From IMG/VR virus record IMGVR_UViG_3300020151_002511, positions 23,932-87,931 of that record: DNA of 64,000 nucleotides, one strand, 5' to 3'. The position numbers and the translations under genes were made by a program. This document shows positions 63,059 through 64,000 of this stretch, piece after piece. Origin of the DNA: a virus. Lineage: Duplodnaviria > Caudoviricetes. The notes under the pieces were generated by a model, which searched no databases, was not told where the DNA came from, and worked only from the letters and a program-made list of their open reading frames with translations. Every line of letters starts with the position of its first letter. The stretch's first letter is position 1.

Positions 63059-63935
63059 ATGGCTTCTTATAAAGAACAATATTATACGTTAAGTGAAGAC
63101 GAGATGCAAGATTTAATCGCTAAAGCAAAGGGTGGGAGTTCAAGCGCTCAATATGAACTACTTAAGGTGTTTAATAATTTTTTAACAAAATATGTAACAC
63201 TTTTATATTATGGAAAATATAACCTATCTGATTATGATATCAGAAGATTCACATCGCTCTTTGTTAAAGATGGCTTTGTTAGATTTAACCTAATGAAAAA
63301 CCAATTGAATCAGGCTGGCTATAAGCATGTGAACGAATGTCTGCGACGGCATTACCTATATGGCAAAAAGATATGGCGACGAAGAAGATGTAAGACAGAC
63401 CGTTAATACTACATTTTTTCAATGCATTACCAGATACCAAAGAAGAGACTCTGAAAAAGGACCTATTCCGTTTAGTGGTTTTTTGTATAGTTATTTCTTT
63501 TATCTATTAAAGAAAAATGTTGATACATTTCTTATTGATCAACTTGGCAGAAAGTCATTCCCACTTTTGTCCGATGATGATAACTCATCAGATGATGATA
63601 ACGATGCTAAGCCAGGATTTAAGGCTCCTCCAGTTGAATACTCGATAGATGACATGCTAGGTACTCAAGAGGTAAATGAAATGTGGGTAATGGGAGAAGA
63701 TTGTCATGCGCCATACAATAAGCTCACTGTTCAAGAAAGACAATTAATAAAATGGAGATTTGTTGATGGGAAAAAATCTTCAGAGATAGCTCAAATTATA
63801 ACCGAACATCCTAACACCGTAAGAGAACACATCTCAAAGGTGAAAATCAAAATACGTGATGCTATAATAGAGAATAACATGGAAGACCTTATCAAGATGT
63901 TTAGGCTAGGTAAAAATGAACATTCAATCGATTGA
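63059..63935 (+). CDS. phage RNA polymerase sigma-70-family factor (about 291 aa via +1 frameshift at 63347)
   Basis: N-part LIAKAKGG..AQYELLKVF (region 1.2/2.1-like). C-part EEDVRQ..FFQCITRY..PFSGFLY (region 2) and LTVQERQLIKWRF..SSEIAQII..TVREH (region 4 HTH). Confidence 0.8.
63347..63350 (+). other. +1 recoding site 7 (cga CGGC att)
   Basis: In-frame CGG inside the overlap window 63333-63406. The +1 codon is GGC (Gly). Confidence 0.65.
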
Positions 63936-64000
63936 AAAATTAAATCAGTTATTGTCAGACTTTCTAAGTCCACAGATAACAGAAATCATTAGCGCATATG
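63916..64000 (+). CDS. hypothetical protein (3' partial)
   Basis: ATG at 63916, open to the window end. Confidence 0.45.
   Translation, partial: MNIQSIEKLNQLLSDFLSPQITEIISAY

Noticed and set aside
9279-63350. Split genes as random pseudogenes or homopolymer sequencing errors
   Set aside because: All seven are +1, all coincide with an otherwise nearly absent codon, six are not in homopolymers, and the many long A/T runs show no indels. A motif-specific artefact cannot be fully excluded without reads.
565-63973. Numerous 60-100-aa minus-strand and nested ORFs in the track (e.g. 2807..3067, 17836..18150, 25118..25411, 59584..59856)
   Set aside because: They are antisense shadows of long + strand genes, with no RBS or recognisable motifs.
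1-64000. Stop-codon reassignment (genetic code 15 or 4)
   Set aside because: Standard-code ORFs are long and densely packed, and TAA, TAG and TGA all end genes. The breaks are frame changes, not in-frame stops.
1-64000. tRNA (including a frameshift-suppressor tRNA), rRNA or CRISPR array
   Set aside because: The few intergenic gaps (39515-39660, 47347-47463, 62412-62488) show no cloverleaf or repeat-spacer pattern by eye. A decoding tRNA, if it exists, is outside this window.

Overview
This window is a 64-kb segment of a large, AT-rich tailed phage genome (myovirus-like; an actinobacterial host is a weak inference), with almost all genes on the + strand. Positions 1-39.5 kb are a virion module: giant baseplate-hub/tail proteins, a tail lysin, a spike OB-fold protein, gp25-like and baseplate J proteins, and large wedge/tail proteins. 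Positions 39.6-64 kb cover nucleotide metabolism (class II RNR, ThyX, dCMP deaminase, deoxyribosyltransferase), a glycosyltransferase cluster, a C5 DNA methyltransferase, replication (DnaB-like helicase, AEP primase, DnaE), nucleases and a sigma factor. Main result: seven genes are split by a +1 frameshift, and each break has an in-frame CGG codon followed by A (six sites) or C (one site). Skipping that C, or reading CGGA/CGGC as one four-base Gly codon, restores full-length proteins and conserved motifs, for example DYKT-G plus the Fe-S cysteines of a RecB/Cas4-like nuclease, a complete sigma factor and the spike PxxGD motif. Scanning by eye, I found only one other in-frame CGG in the coding regions (CGG-T at 49780), and it appears to be read normally. 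This points to a programmed CGG-triggered +1 recoding (quadruplet-decoding) system gating virion genes and the sigma factor. A systematic sequencing or assembly artefact must still be excluded using raw reads. Secondary signals: a virion protein with about 24 [A/S]TP motifs alongside a glycosyltransferase cluster, a split thermonuclease domain fused to the hub protein, and a nested alternative-frame subunit inside the methyltransferase gene.
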